A DNA stretch of 64,000 bases, taken from contig JAEOTZ010000018.1 in assembly GCA_016839585.1 (NCBI GenBank), positions 1 to 64,000 on the forward strand, written 5' to 3'. Position 1 is the stretch's first letter. Each line of letters starts with the position of its first letter. The position numbers and the translations under genes are program-made. The DNA comes from Promethearchaeota archaeon (GTDB lineage: Archaea > Asgardarchaeota > Lokiarchaeia > Sigyniarchaeales > SOKP01). Positions 50,301 to 60,994 of the stretch are shown in pieces. Under the pieces are notes generated by a model. It was not told where the DNA came from, searched no databases, and was given only the letters and a program-made list of their open reading frames with translations.

Positions 50301-51593
50301 TTAAATGTTTCTACTTTTAGGGGGTTTAATAAAAAATGCTAAAATTGCTGCGACAATAGACATCGTTCCCATGACAACAAAAAGGATCAAATAACTTCCG
50401 AAAACTGATACAAACGCACTCACCATAGTTGCTCCTATGAATCCAGCAATACCATAGGCAGTAAATACTATTCCATAGTTAGGTCCTAGATTTTTAGTAC
50501 CAAATAAATCAGCAGTCGCTGTTGGAAATAATGAGAAGTTACCTCCAAAACAAAAATAAATAGCACATGTCATAATTAGAAAGTAAATTGCATTCTCGTT
50601 AGTTGTGAAATATAGAAACATCAAAATCGCTTGAGTAGTAAACATAATTAGCATTACTTTCTTATAAGTGATTAAATCAGATAATTGTCCCCAGACTATT
50701 CTTCCAGCTGCGTTAAATAAAGCAGCTAAACTTCCAATTAATGCGAAATCGGCAGCTCCAATGACATATATCAGATCACCTAAATCATTTTCTGATTTTG
50801 CAAAAGCAGAATAAGATCCAATCACCATTAACCCTGATATTGCACTTAATACAAATGTTGCCCATAACATCCAAAATTGAGATAACTTGACAGTTTTACT
50901 TCTTTCAAACTCAATTCCAGAAATCCCACTTTCTTCTGAAGGTGGAGGAGGATTCCATCCATCAGGTTTCCATCCATCTGGAGGATTGCTTAAAGTCATT
51001 GCGCCTCCAATAATTAAAGCAAGATAAACTATTCCTAATACAATAAACATAATTGGCATATTTTTTGAGATTTCAGAAACGAAATTTAGATCAGTTGTTT
51101 CCAAATTCTTAGGGTTTGCCAAAGCTTCTATAACATAATTAAATATAAAGGATCCAGCTCCAAATCCTGCGACTGCGATTCCATTAATTAATCCCTTTTT
51201 ATCAGGAAACCATTTATTTGCTGATGCAATAGGACAAACATAACCAAATCCGATACCTGCTCCAAAGATAATACCATAAGTAATAAATAATCCTATAAAT
51301 GTGTTCATTACTGCTGAAGTAATAACACCAATTCCAATTAAGATACCTCCAAGAATAGCTATTTTTTTGGGACCATATTTCTGTTGTAATTGCCCTGCAA
51401 ATACCATAGTAATCGCAAAAGACAATAAACCAATTCCGAAAATAAAGACCGTCAATTCCTTAACTTCCCCCAAGTAAGGGCTAACGAATATGGTAAGTGT
51501 GCCCCATGAGTAAATCGTCCCAAGAGCTAATTGGATGAGAATAGCGCCTATTACAATTATCCATCGATTTCTAACTTTTTTTTCTGTAATCAT
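50301..51593 (-). CDS. OFA-family (oxalate/formate antiporter-like) MFS transporter
   Basis: KWFPDKKGL..G..VAGFGAG, FNAAGRIVWG..SD, FGTKNLGPNYG. Confidence 0.9.
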   Translation of the reverse strand: MITEKKVRNRWIIVIGAILIQLALGTIYSWGTLTIFVSPYLGEVKELTVFIFGIGLLSFAITMVFAGQLQQKYGPKKIAILGGILIGIGVITSAVMNTFIGLFITYGIIFGAGIGFGYVCPIASANKWFPDKKGLINGIAVAGFGAGSFIFNYVIEALANPKNLETTDLNFVSEISKNMPIMFIVLGIVYLALIIGGAMTLSNPPDGWKPDGWNPPPPSEESGISGIEFERSKTVKLSQFWMLWATFVLSAISGLMVIGSYSAFAKSENDLGDLIYVIGAADFALIGSLAALFNAAGRIVWGQLSDLITYKKVMLIMFTTQAILMFLYFTTNENAIYFLIMTCAIYFCFGGNFSLFPTATADLFGTKNLGPNYGIVFTAYGIAGFIGATMVSAFVSVFGSYLILFVVMGTMSIVAAILAFFIKPPKSRNI

Positions 51594-51754
51594 TGTTTTA
51601 TACTTAATTAATTTACTGTGTGTGAAAATTCTTTGAAGATTAAAAATTTTGTATTAATATTTTATTAATAATCAAACTAAATATTTTTCAAAAACAAAGG
51701 AAATCACTTTATACTTTTTTGTATTATTAATTTGAAAAAAATTAATATTAATTA

Positions 51755-53506
51755 ATGGTTAAATCTAATAATCTAAATACAAATCTATCAAAAATATTTA
51801 TTTATGAAACTATAATGAAGCGGATTGAAATTTCGAAAAAGCATTTAGTTTTGATATCCTTATTTTTATTAATTTTCATTATTGGTACAGTATTAATCTT
51901 AATAACTCCAACGGGTATAAAAATTACTTATGGGCGAACTGTAAAAACATCCGATGGCGAAACAATTTCGTTTAATGTAATTGAGCCAAAAAAAGGCGGA
52001 ACCAACAAAAAAGCTGTGATTATTGGACATGGTGTTATGTCGAATAAAGAAATGATGAAGGGTTATGCGATAGAGTTAGGCGCTGCAGGATTTGTTGCTA
52101 TACCTTTCGATTTCAGGGGACATGGGCAAAGTTCAGGTGAACTTAATAGAGATAGGTTAATATATGATATACAAGCAATCTTATCTTATGTAAATTCTAG
52201 AACAGATATCAATTCAAGTGCTCTTGGATATTTGGGATTCTCTATGGGGGGATTCCCAGGAATAGAGATTGTAAATCAATCAACAAATTTTAAGTGTTTT
52301 GTTGGAGCTGGAACAAGACTTCCAATTAATGTAAGAATCGGAAATTTTTCTGATCCATTAAATATTTTGATGATTGTAGGGCGATATGATGAAGTAATTA
52401 CAGTTGAAGAACTAAAAGAAGGATTAGCAGATCGAGTGGGCTTATCCTCTAATGATATTGATGTAAATAAATTATACGGAAGTTTTCAAGATGGAAATGC
52501 TTCAATGATTTATTTAGATGATACTACTAATCACGTTTTAGGAATTTGGGATCCTGATTTCATTAGAGAAGCAAGAAATTTTGTGATGAATACATTTCCA
52601 GATGTAAAAGCCATTGATGAGAATTTTTTTGTAAACATTAGATTTCTAATCTTTTCTCTACAGATTATAGGAGGAATTGGCTTTTTCTTTCTCATAATTC
52701 CACCTATATCTAAATTTATGCTAAAATCTAAACGTAATGACAAAATGACTATAGAAATAGAAAGTGAATCGGTGAATAGAATCATTATAAAAACGATATC
52801 TTATAGTATTGTCCTTGGTATACCAGGAGTAATGATCTTCATTCCAATCTTAATAATTTTACCTCTAGCTATAGCTGGATTTGTTTCAACACTTTTATTT
52901 GGTCAGATGTTTGGAGTATTAATTTTATTGCTTAGACTTGGAAAAAAAGAGAATTTAACCTTATTAAATATCATAAAAAGACCATTTTATAATTCAAAAG
53001 AAAAACTAGTTAAACAAATAGTATTAGGAATAATTTTTGCAGTTATTTATTATATTATTCTCTATTTATCAATTGGATTAAATTATCTAGGGATGGTTCC
53101 CACTTTAATGAAATGGTTTTGGGTACCAATATATTTTGGGATTTTCTTCTTCATACTCGTTATATTAGGATTGTTATTTCACGGTGTTATCCAAAATAAA
53201 GTAGGACCAGGTCTTCGAAACTTTATTAAAGTATCGCTAATGACTTTTGGATTTCTCTTTTTATACATGTTTAGTTATTTATTTATCCTAGCTATTATTA
53301 TGAATAGTTACTTTTATTTTGGTTCTTTTTTACCAATTGCAATTCCAATATTTCTATTAACTGCATTTAACTCAACCATTATATACCAGAAAACAGGGAA
53401 TGTTATCGCAGGTGCCATTGTAAATTCTCTTTTTATAACGCTAGTGATTTGTACATTATCACCATATCAAAATGGATTAAGCTTTATTTTGGGATTTTTT
53501 CAATAA
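51755..53506 (+). CDS. Membrane-anchored alpha/beta hydrolase with multi-TM C-terminus
   Basis: GHG, DFRGHGQS, GFSMGG; about 8 C-terminal TM helices. Confidence 0.82.
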   Translation: MVKSNNLNTNLSKIFIYETIMKRIEISKKHLVLISLFLLIFIIGTVLILITPTGIKITYGRTVKTSDGETISFNVIEPKKGGTNKKAVIIGHGVMSNKEMMKGYAIELGAAGFVAIPFDFRGHGQSSGELNRDRLIYDIQAILSYVNSRTDINSSALGYLGFSMGGFPGIEIVNQSTNFKCFVGAGTRLPINVRIGNFSDPLNILMIVGRYDEVITVEELKEGLADRVGLSSNDIDVNKLYGSFQDGNASMIYLDDTTNHVLGIWDPDFIREARNFVMNTFPDVKAIDENFFVNIRFLIFSLQIIGGIGFFFLIIPPISKFMLKSKRNDKMTIEIESESVNRIIIKTISYSIVLGIPGVMIFIPILIILPLAIAGFVSTLLFGQMFGVLILLLRLGKKENLTLLNIIKRPFYNSKEKLVKQIVLGIIFAVIYYIILYLSIGLNYLGMVPTLMKWFWVPIYFGIFFFILVILGLLFHGVIQNKVGPGLRNFIKVSLMTFGFLFLYMFSYLFILAIIMNSYFYFGSFLPIAIPIFLLTAFNSTIIYQKTGNVIAGAIVNSLFITLVICTLSPYQNGLSFILGFFQ

Positions 53507-53602
53507 TTAAAATTCTTTTTTTTTCAAAAACATAATTTTTTAGTTTAGGCTTAAAATTATAAAAATAATTATCTTACTAAATCGTGGATCAATAAAATTT
53601 AA

Positions 53603-54670
53603 TTGACAGAAATTGAGAATTTAATAAATATGTCTCAAGATCAAATATTATGTATTTCGTATTTTGACCATGTTATAGGTCCAAATACATTATATTGTAG
53701 CGAACAACAATTAAACTCAATAGAAACCCCTGATTTAGGGAGAATTCTTGAATTTAATGAAGAACCGGGAACATTCATATTTGCTTATCGAAAGTATCAG
53801 ACTGTAAATCATATCTTTTATATTGACTCTAAATTGGCTCGAGGAGGCAAGGATCTTATGATGATCTCATATCTTATTAGGACAGCTATTTTTAAAGATG
53901 AAATAGTAGATGTTTTTAAATATTTAGATTCAAAAGCACCTATATTGGAAGAATTTGCTTCTGAAATCAAAAAACTAAAAGAAATTTCAAGGTTATTACA
54001 TGTTGAGAAAAGTGCAGTTTCAAGTGAGAGTATTCTTGATCTAGCCAATGATACATTGAAAAAAGAATTTTTAAGAATATTTAATAATTATTATAGAAAG
54101 TTAACTCCAAGATTCCAATTTGAACCTCCATTAAAGGGCAAGCAATATATTAAAAAAATCTTTATAATTGGGGCTCCAAAGGCAGGAAAAAGTACTTTTT
54201 TAAAAAATATTGAATTAATTCAATTTTTAAATATAAAAAACAACGATATAACCACACGGTTTCTTGAAGTTTTAATCGAGAATTTAGAAATTTTACATTA
54301 TGATGACGTCAAAAAGGAATTCAAATGTAAATTTTTTGATAATTTTGATGACTGTATTAAAAATGCTCAAGGATTTATTGTACTAGCAAATATTACAGAT
54401 AAAAGATCAATAGATATAACAAAGAAGCTTTTTAATATCATTAAAGATAAATGTACAGAATTAATAAATGAAAAAATACCACCCGTTTTAATAGTTGGTA
54501 ATAAATTTAAGAATAAAGAAAAGTACAATATCGAATATATTTTCCAAATTTTTAAATTAAAAGATTTGCAGCAAAAGGGTGTGAAAGTTAAATATCAGCC
54601 GCTAAATGTAATGACCGACGATGATGAGGTTATGAAAGCACTACGATGGCTAATAAAAAGCTTATTATAA
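53603..54670 (+). CDS. Longin/uDENN-like domain fused to a degenerate small-GTPase domain (likely ATG start 53630)
   Basis: N-terminal LCISYFDHVIGP; C-terminal GAPKAGKST, AQGFIVL, LIVGNK; no DxxG. Confidence 0.65.
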   Translation: MTEIENLINMSQDQILCISYFDHVIGPNTLYCSEQQLNSIETPDLGRILEFNEEPGTFIFAYRKYQTVNHIFYIDSKLARGGKDLMMISYLIRTAIFKDEIVDVFKYLDSKAPILEEFASEIKKLKEISRLLHVEKSAVSSESILDLANDTLKKEFLRIFNNYYRKLTPRFQFEPPLKGKQYIKKIFIIGAPKAGKSTFLKNIELIQFLNIKNNDITTRFLEVLIENLEILHYDDVKKEFKCKFFDNFDDCIKNAQGFIVLANITDKRSIDITKKLFNIIKDKCTELINEKIPPVLIVGNKFKNKEKYNIEYIFQIFKLKDLQQKGVKVKYQPLNVMTDDDEVMKALRWLIKSLL

Positions 54671-54802
54671 AATCTTAATGATTTTTGTTGTTTCAAAATC
54701 CAGAGATATGCCCTAACAAATCTTATAAATCATTAAGAATATAATAAATAAAAATAGATCGTTATTCATAAATTAAATATCAAGTGAATAATAGTTAGAA
54801 AA

Positions 54803-55153
54803 ATGGCACTAAAAGGAATTTTATGGAGTATAGTTTTTTTCCTTACAGCAGCTATATATAGTGCAATCCCTACATACTTAATTGTTAGATATTGGGCATG
54901 GTTAAATACATTTCCAATATATACTCTATCCCTACTGATGTTATTTTTATGGATAGTCAGTTTAATTGTAGTATTAATTTACATTGTTGCTATGATTCGA
55001 GCAATTATTCAGAGAAAGAACGAAGAGGGCCTAGGTATTCCTAAAGGTGTAAAAGGTTTTGGATTAGTTTCTACAGCAATAGCACTGTTGTTTATGTTAG
55101 TTTGGTTTATTATTTTTGATCAAATTGCTTTTTTTGTAATGGCTCCTCCTTAA
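54803..55153 (+). CDS. Small 3-TM membrane protein
   Basis: Hydrophobic segments. Confidence 0.7.
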   Translation: MALKGILWSIVFFLTAAIYSAIPTYLIVRYWAWLNTFPIYTLSLLMLFLWIVSLIVVLIYIVAMIRAIIQRKNEEGLGIPKGVKGFGLVSTAIALLFMLVWFIIFDQIAFFVMAPP

Positions 55154-55190
55154 TTTATTCTTCATATTTAAAATTAGCTTTTTATAAAGT

Positions 55191-56366
55191 TTAAAAATTT
55201 AGAGGATATTGCCCAAATTCGCGAGTAGCTTCGACCATCCATCTTAAATTTTGTACTTTTACAGCAGGATGCATATTGGCAGCAGAAATAATAAACCCCC
55301 CTCCTGGTCCTGCTGTTTTAATGGCATATTTTACAGCATCATAAACCTCATCTTTGGTTCCATATACAAGAACATGTGCTACATCTATATTACCCATAAG
55401 ACAAAGCTTATGACCTACTTTCTTTTTAACCAAAGCTAAATCAACTCCGGCAGTAGGTTCAAGACTTTGAAGACCATCAAAACCACAATCAACTATAAAA
55501 TCTAATAATGGTGTAATTTGACCATCAGTATGAAGAACTATTTTTTGTCCTCTTTCATGAACAGCATCAGTAATAATCCTATAAGCAGGTAATAATACCT
55601 CATAAAATTTCTTTGGACTCATCATTGGACCCGTATGATAAGCCAAGTCACCAGATTCAATAAATAATTCTGTTCCAACCTCTATATAGCTTCTATAACA
55701 AGCAGCAGTGAATTCAGCTATTACTTCATGAACCTCTTTTATGAATCTTGGATTTTTATGAAGCATCTTTGAATAATAAGTCATCCCCATTCCTTGGCTT
55801 GCACTTTCAAAAACACCTGCTAAATCATTTGTAACTGCTACAAATATTTTATCTTTATGTTTTTTATTTATACGGCGATAAAATTTCTTGACCATTTTTG
55901 TGTATTTCTCGGTTATAGGTCCCTCTAAATTTTCTTTTGTTTCTTTCCATTTCTCAAGGGAATTCATAGTACCATATAAATAGTAAGGGTTAAAATTCCC
56001 CTCATTATTACGAGCTTCCCAGACTCGTCCAAATATATCTTTCATTAAGTTTCTTTCATCAGAAGACTCATCAATAAATTCGACAGGTACTATGCCCACT
56101 TGCATACAATCGAGCCCAATCTCGGCTGCAGCTTCCACACATCGAGAAAAAATTGATGTTTCTACGGATTCAACTAATTTACTGATTTCTTCTGCCCAAT
56201 TATCAGGATGATCATGTTTAACTTGATCTAATGTATCAAAATCAGTTATTTGAGGTTTTCCAAGAATTTCATCTACATTATTAGCATCAATGAGAATAGT
56301 ATGGCATGGGACGCAATCTGGTTCATCTAAATTTAAAGCTGTGAGTACTCGTTCTCTACAATTCAT
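55191..56366 (-). CDS. Uroporphyrinogen decarboxylase / MtaA-CmuA methylcobamide methyltransferase family protein
   Basis: RERVLTAL..EPD.VP, DLAYHTGPMMSP, LHTDG, LMGNID, GPGGGFI. Confidence 0.85.
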   Translation of the reverse strand: MNCRERVLTALNLDEPDCVPCHTILIDANNVDEILGKPQITDFDTLDQVKHDHPDNWAEEISKLVESVETSIFSRCVEAAAEIGLDCMQVGIVPVEFIDESSDERNLMKDIFGRVWEARNNEGNFNPYYLYGTMNSLEKWKETKENLEGPITEKYTKMVKKFYRRINKKHKDKIFVAVTNDLAGVFESASQGMGMTYYSKMLHKNPRFIKEVHEVIAEFTAACYRSYIEVGTELFIESGDLAYHTGPMMSPKKFYEVLLPAYRIITDAVHERGQKIVLHTDGQITPLLDFIVDCGFDGLQSLEPTAGVDLALVKKKVGHKLCLMGNIDVAHVLVYGTKDEVYDAVKYAIKTAGPGGGFIISAANMHPAVKVQNLRWMVEATREFGQYPLNF

Positions 56367-56424
56367 ATTTTACAATATTTTTTCTATTTAATTGAAAATT
56401 TATGTTTAAAATTATAAAAAATTT

Positions 56425-57639
56425 TCATTTCGTTAATATTTTTAGAAATCTGACAAAAATGTTAGGTTTTTTTAATATAAATTTTATAAAGAAAGAAAGA
56501 AATAATGGATTTTTTATTAGTTTAGTTAATAAGCCTTTTGGAAAATCCATATCCCCATAAATAGAGATTAAATGTTCAATTTTACTAGTTTTAATCATTT
56601 GGAACATTTTTTCATAATCATAATTTGTAAATAATTCTAATACAGTTCTTATAAGATAATGAATCTTTAGTTGTTTTCCTATAGTAGATCGACTAGGTCT
56701 TTCATAAAACCTTCTAATAAAACTACTTGAAAAATTATTCATGTTAAAACATTTTATAATACAATTTGCTGCATATTTAGCACCGGTTAATAGCATTATA
56801 ATACCTCCTCCCGTCGTTGCTTTAACTTGACAAGCTGAATCTCCTAAGAGCAAGACATTATCGAATGCTGATTTATTCAATATACCATATGGAATAATTC
56901 CTCCTTGATGCTCAATTGCCTTTAAGGAGTCAATTTTTAACTTTTTCAAAAAGATACGAAAATTTCTGGCAACATTTTTAGCAGATGCGAGCCCTATACG
57001 ACAAATATTATTGAAACCCTCAGGGATAATCCATCCAAATAATTCTTTCCATCGAGGGTCAAAATACATTACAACCTCATCATCTCTAAAATTACCTTGA
57101 ATCCGAATTTGAGTAGCATACAGTTTATTGTACTTAATTCCCATCAGTTTTGCAACAGAAGATAGAGGTCCATCACATCCAACTAAAATTTTAGTTGTTA
57201 ATCTTCGTTTTGAAGTTTCTACTGTTATGATCTGCTTCTTTTCTTGGACTAAATATCTATATTTTAATGATTTAAATCTCTCTTCAAGATAGTAAGTAAT
57301 ATTTGGATTATCTTTAACTTTCGAATAAAATAATAGGTCTAAAGCATGGCGATCTATGATATAAGGTTGTTCATTCCCAGACAACCTTATAATTTTTCCA
57401 GAAGGAGCAACTAATTTAACTTTATCTACACGATTTTGTACAATTTCTTGAGGAAGCTCAATTAATTGAGATAATTTTTGAGAAACAATACCAGCGCATT
57501 GGACAGGCAATCCAATTTCTTTATGTTCTTCGATAACAGCTATTTTTAACTTTGTTTTAGATAATAGATAACATAAATAATTACCTGCAATACTTCCTCC
57601 TATAATACAGACATCATAATGCTCGATATTTCTATCCAT
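56425..57639 (-). CDS. Geranylgeranyl reductase family FAD oxidoreductase
   Basis: IGLPVQCAG, GCDG..S, FGWIIP, LLGDSA.QVKATTGGGI. Confidence 0.87.
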   Translation of the reverse strand: MDRNIEHYDVCIIGGSIAGNYLCYLLSKTKLKIAVIEEHKEIGLPVQCAGIVSQKLSQLIELPQEIVQNRVDKVKLVAPSGKIIRLSGNEQPYIIDRHALDLLFYSKVKDNPNITYYLEERFKSLKYRYLVQEKKQIITVETSKRRLTTKILVGCDGPLSSVAKLMGIKYNKLYATQIRIQGNFRDDEVVMYFDPRWKELFGWIIPEGFNNICRIGLASAKNVARNFRIFLKKLKIDSLKAIEHQGGIIPYGILNKSAFDNVLLLGDSACQVKATTGGGIIMLLTGAKYAANCIIKCFNMNNFSSSFIRRFYERPSRSTIGKQLKIHYLIRTVLELFTNYDYEKMFQMIKTSKIEHLISIYGDMDFPKGLLTKLIKNPLFLSFFIKFILKKPNIFVRFLKILTK

Positions 57640-57691
57640 TATGAAAGAATAAAGAAGATTAGTAATTAGAAGTTTTTGGAAAAATAATTAA

Positions 57692-58678
57692 TTACTCTTT
57701 CCTATAACCTAGATCCATCATCATGCCATAAACTATACCTAAAGCAATGCTATTAAAAACAGGGTTATGATCAGCAGTTAGATCTGTTCTTTCAGTTAGA
57801 ATAGGTATTATCTTATTAACAATATATTTAGTATCAGGTTTTTCTTCATAGAATTTTATTATTAATTTTCTAAATTTTTTCATAAAGGATTCATGTTCTA
57901 ATAAAATTTCTTTTATATTTTTTTCTCCATTAACGATTCCAAAATGACCAAAACCTGCTATTAAGGGTTGAAGTTTCTTAAGATTTTCAATTGAATTCAT
58001 ATAGTCTTTATGATTATAATATACTGGCATTGATACTGGCATCGTTACTAATTTCGTAGTGTGATACAACGTCCCTACAGCTTCTCCAAAAAATAGAAAT
58101 TCAATTATATTATTCCTTATTAACATAGAAGATTGGTGGTCAGGAGTATGTCCTGGAGTTTTTAAAATTACTAATTTTATTTCTGATCCATTTTTATAAA
58201 ATGTATCAACAATATCAAAATCGGCATTAAAAATTAGATTTGGTTCTATGATTTTGAAAGCTTTATTTTCGATTGGTTTCATATCACCAACAAGATTTCC
58301 ATAAGTACGTCTTGCTCGATCTAAATGGCTTTCATAGTTATTTAGTAATTCTTTAGTTTGTTGATTTGTAATAATTTTAACGTCTTGATTATGTTTTTTT
58401 ATCTCTTCATATAATTTCCATAAACCACCATTATGATCAAAATGATGATGAGATGTAATAAGATACTTTATTGAAGATAAGGGAATTTTATGATTTTTAA
58501 GGTATCTTAGAGTTTTTTTAACATCTAATGATGAACCACAATCAAATAAGATTGAACAGTCATCGAATACTCCAAGATACAGGGACAGCATTCGAGTTGT
58601 TCCATATGCTCTCACATCAATTTGATGAAGATAATCACTTACCTTTCCGGATGTGGTAGTGATTAATTCTTGAACCAT
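57692..58678 (-). CDS. MBL-fold metallo-hydrolase
   Basis: SHHHFDHNGG, TPGHTPDH, GHFG. Confidence 0.88.
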   Translation of the reverse strand: MVQELITTTSGKVSDYLHQIDVRAYGTTRMLSLYLGVFDDCSILFDCGSSLDVKKTLRYLKNHKIPLSSIKYLITSHHHFDHNGGLWKLYEEIKKHNQDVKIITNQQTKELLNNYESHLDRARRTYGNLVGDMKPIENKAFKIIEPNLIFNADFDIVDTFYKNGSEIKLVILKTPGHTPDHQSSMLIRNNIIEFLFFGEAVGTLYHTTKLVTMPVSMPVYYNHKDYMNSIENLKKLQPLIAGFGHFGIVNGEKNIKEILLEHESFMKKFRKLIIKFYEEKPDTKYIVNKIIPILTERTDLTADHNPVFNSIALGIVYGMMMDLGYRKE

Positions 58679-58773
58679 AGATAGACTAATTAAAAATAGA
58701 ATAAGAATGATTTTGTTATAATATAAAATTGACTAAGATGATAAAAGTAAAAATTTTTTTTAGAAATATAGAT

Positions 58774-60963
58774 TTAAAGACTAAGCTTTTCTTTCCATGA
58801 CTTCATTGATAACTTTAATTCTTCTCTTTCAGGTCGACTGAGTAATTCAATATTTTTTTTGAGTTCAGTACTAACATTGTGGATGCTTTTTAAAATGCTA
58901 TTATATCCTTCTATTTTAACATATTCACTTTGAAATCTTTCTAGAGTAGATGAAATTTCAATTCCTGTCATTTTATCTAAATTATTGATGATATCATTAA
59001 ATTGTTTTGAAATAAAAGATGGTTTTTTCTCTTCTGGTTCTGCTTTTGCTGGAAGAGGAGCCTCTTTAGCTAGTTTAGACATAATTTTAGGTTCATGAAT
59101 AACCGGTTCTAATTGTGTCTCCTCTTTTGAGAGTGAACTTTTAATGGATCGCATAATTTCTTTTCTTGCAGAAACCCACGCATCTTCAAGGACAGGAACA
59201 AAAATTTTAATATGTTCTTCAATTATACTTCCAATTCCTGCAATTTCAGTTATAGTTTCTCCTCGAAACTCAGTTTTAGAAAGTACACATAGGATTACTT
59301 CTTCATAATCCCTGTTTATTCCCCATAAATTTTGTAATGTGCGGTTTCTGTAATCAACGTTATCCATTTTATCGAATTCTCGTAAGATTGCTTCATGTAC
59401 CGGTGATGTTGGGTCAATATAAGAAGCGATTCTAAAATTTATTCTAGAAGGTCGTGCTTTTATAGCATCAATATCAACGTCAGTGATTTGAGGTGCAACT
59501 ATTAAAACTCGCATTTTAGCTTTTGCAATTTCATCATTAATATGAGCTTTAGCACTTTCCATAGACCGGATAAACCAAATATCCTTCATAGTAAACAATG
59601 AACCCCTTTTTGCTTGATCCCAGAACTCCTTGGTAGTTATCTCGCTAATTTCCAATCTTTTTAATATATCCTCTAATGTGTTATTTAAAGTATCTACAAT
59701 TTCTCTTGAAAAAACGTCTTTTATATTACCAAATGATTGAAAAATTCCGCCAGAAATGCCGCTTATTTTTTCTTCTGCCATTTTAACAGCTTTATCGAAA
59801 TTTTCACTCATTTCTGAAAATATCTTATCCGTATCTTCACCAGACTTAGCAGTAATCCCCTTAATATTTTTCACTGCGTCTTCAATTGTTTTTTTTAAGT
59901 TTGAAATAATTTCAGTGTCTAATCCTTGAGTTGCTTTTTTCAATTCATCTACAAAAACAGTTTGACTTACACTTAATTGTATATTAATATTATCTGTTAT
60001 TTCTTTTAATCGATTTGCTATTATTTTTTCAATTACATCAACCACAGTTTGCTGGAGTACACCCAAACGTAATTTTCGCAAATTTTCAGCTATTATTTCT
60101 TTTAGTTCTTCAAATTGATCTTTTAATGCATCAAGTTGATTGTTAATAATTTGAGACGTTTTTGTATTAAGATTTTCAAATTGTTTAGTTAGATCTCCAA
60201 TTTGTTCTTCCGAAATAGTTTTTGCAAAATCACCAAGACTACTTACATCCACTGATATATTTCTAATTTTATCAATTGCCGCAACGGTATCATCAAATTC
60301 TTGTTTTTGAGCATGGATTTGATCTATCATCTTTTGTTTTAAATTACCAATGAGTTCACCAGAGTCTTTAAGTTTCTCCATATCTTTAGCTTCAGACTCT
60401 AGCTGAGTGAAAGCTTTATCCAATTGAGTTGGTAATTTTGATTTTATATTTGAAATGAAGTCATAAAAGCTTCTTAATTGAGCAACTAAAGCAGCATAAG
60501 GTGGTAACGCGGCATAATGTGGTGTAGCACCAATAATTTCTTTAAATAATCCCTTTTCAACAAATTTATCTGCAATTTTTTTACAATCCTCTTTAGGTTT
60601 ACTTATTAAAAGTGCCATTTCACCTAGAGAAACAGCTTCTCTTCCAGTTGTTCGAAAGTATAATTCTATTTCTTCATCATTTAAATCAATCTCACTTAAT
60701 ACTTGTCTTGTTAATTCTTCTGAATATACAACTTCCTCTTCTTTTCTCACAACATCTTTAATTTCGAAGTTTTCTACTTCTAAATATTGATTAATGAAGA
60801 CTATTAATTTATGAGGAGGATCACCATGAACATATTCCTTCTTAATAGGGAATTTTTTGACTTCCTTATACTCATCTTTTGATATTTTGAACTTAATTTC
60901 TTTTAAACATATTTTACAACTAACTGGAATATCAATTTCATCTTTTTCCTTAAACAGATACAT
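58774..60963 (-). CDS. TrmB-like wHTH protein with N-terminal CxxC/His motif, long coiled coil and PLD-like C-terminal domain
   Basis: CKIC...HGDPPH; EIELY...SLGEMA...KFVEKGL...YAALPP; EIAKAKMRVLIVAP. Confidence 0.6.
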   Translation of the reverse strand: MYLFKEKDEIDIPVSCKICLKEIKFKISKDEYKEVKKFPIKKEYVHGDPPHKLIVFINQYLEVENFEIKDVVRKEEEVVYSEELTRQVLSEIDLNDEEIELYFRTTGREAVSLGEMALLISKPKEDCKKIADKFVEKGLFKEIIGATPHYAALPPYAALVAQLRSFYDFISNIKSKLPTQLDKAFTQLESEAKDMEKLKDSGELIGNLKQKMIDQIHAQKQEFDDTVAAIDKIRNISVDVSSLGDFAKTISEEQIGDLTKQFENLNTKTSQIINNQLDALKDQFEELKEIIAENLRKLRLGVLQQTVVDVIEKIIANRLKEITDNINIQLSVSQTVFVDELKKATQGLDTEIISNLKKTIEDAVKNIKGITAKSGEDTDKIFSEMSENFDKAVKMAEEKISGISGGIFQSFGNIKDVFSREIVDTLNNTLEDILKRLEISEITTKEFWDQAKRGSLFTMKDIWFIRSMESAKAHINDEIAKAKMRVLIVAPQITDVDIDAIKARPSRINFRIASYIDPTSPVHEAILREFDKMDNVDYRNRTLQNLWGINRDYEEVILCVLSKTEFRGETITEIAGIGSIIEEHIKIFVPVLEDAWVSARKEIMRSIKSSLSKEETQLEPVIHEPKIMSKLAKEAPLPAKAEPEEKKPSFISKQFNDIINNLDKMTGIEISSTLERFQSEYVKIEGYNSILKSIHNVSTELKKNIELLSRPEREELKLSMKSWKEKLSL

Positions 60964-60994
60964 CTTTTAATATCATCTCTTTTATTAAATTAAT

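Noticed and set aside
664-55439. Short antisense or overlapping ORFs in the track (e.g. 664..1050, 12138..12449, 13989..14486, 41389..41790, 42768..43103, 48060..48362)
   Set aside because: They are shadows of well-supported genes on the other strand or frame and have no motifs
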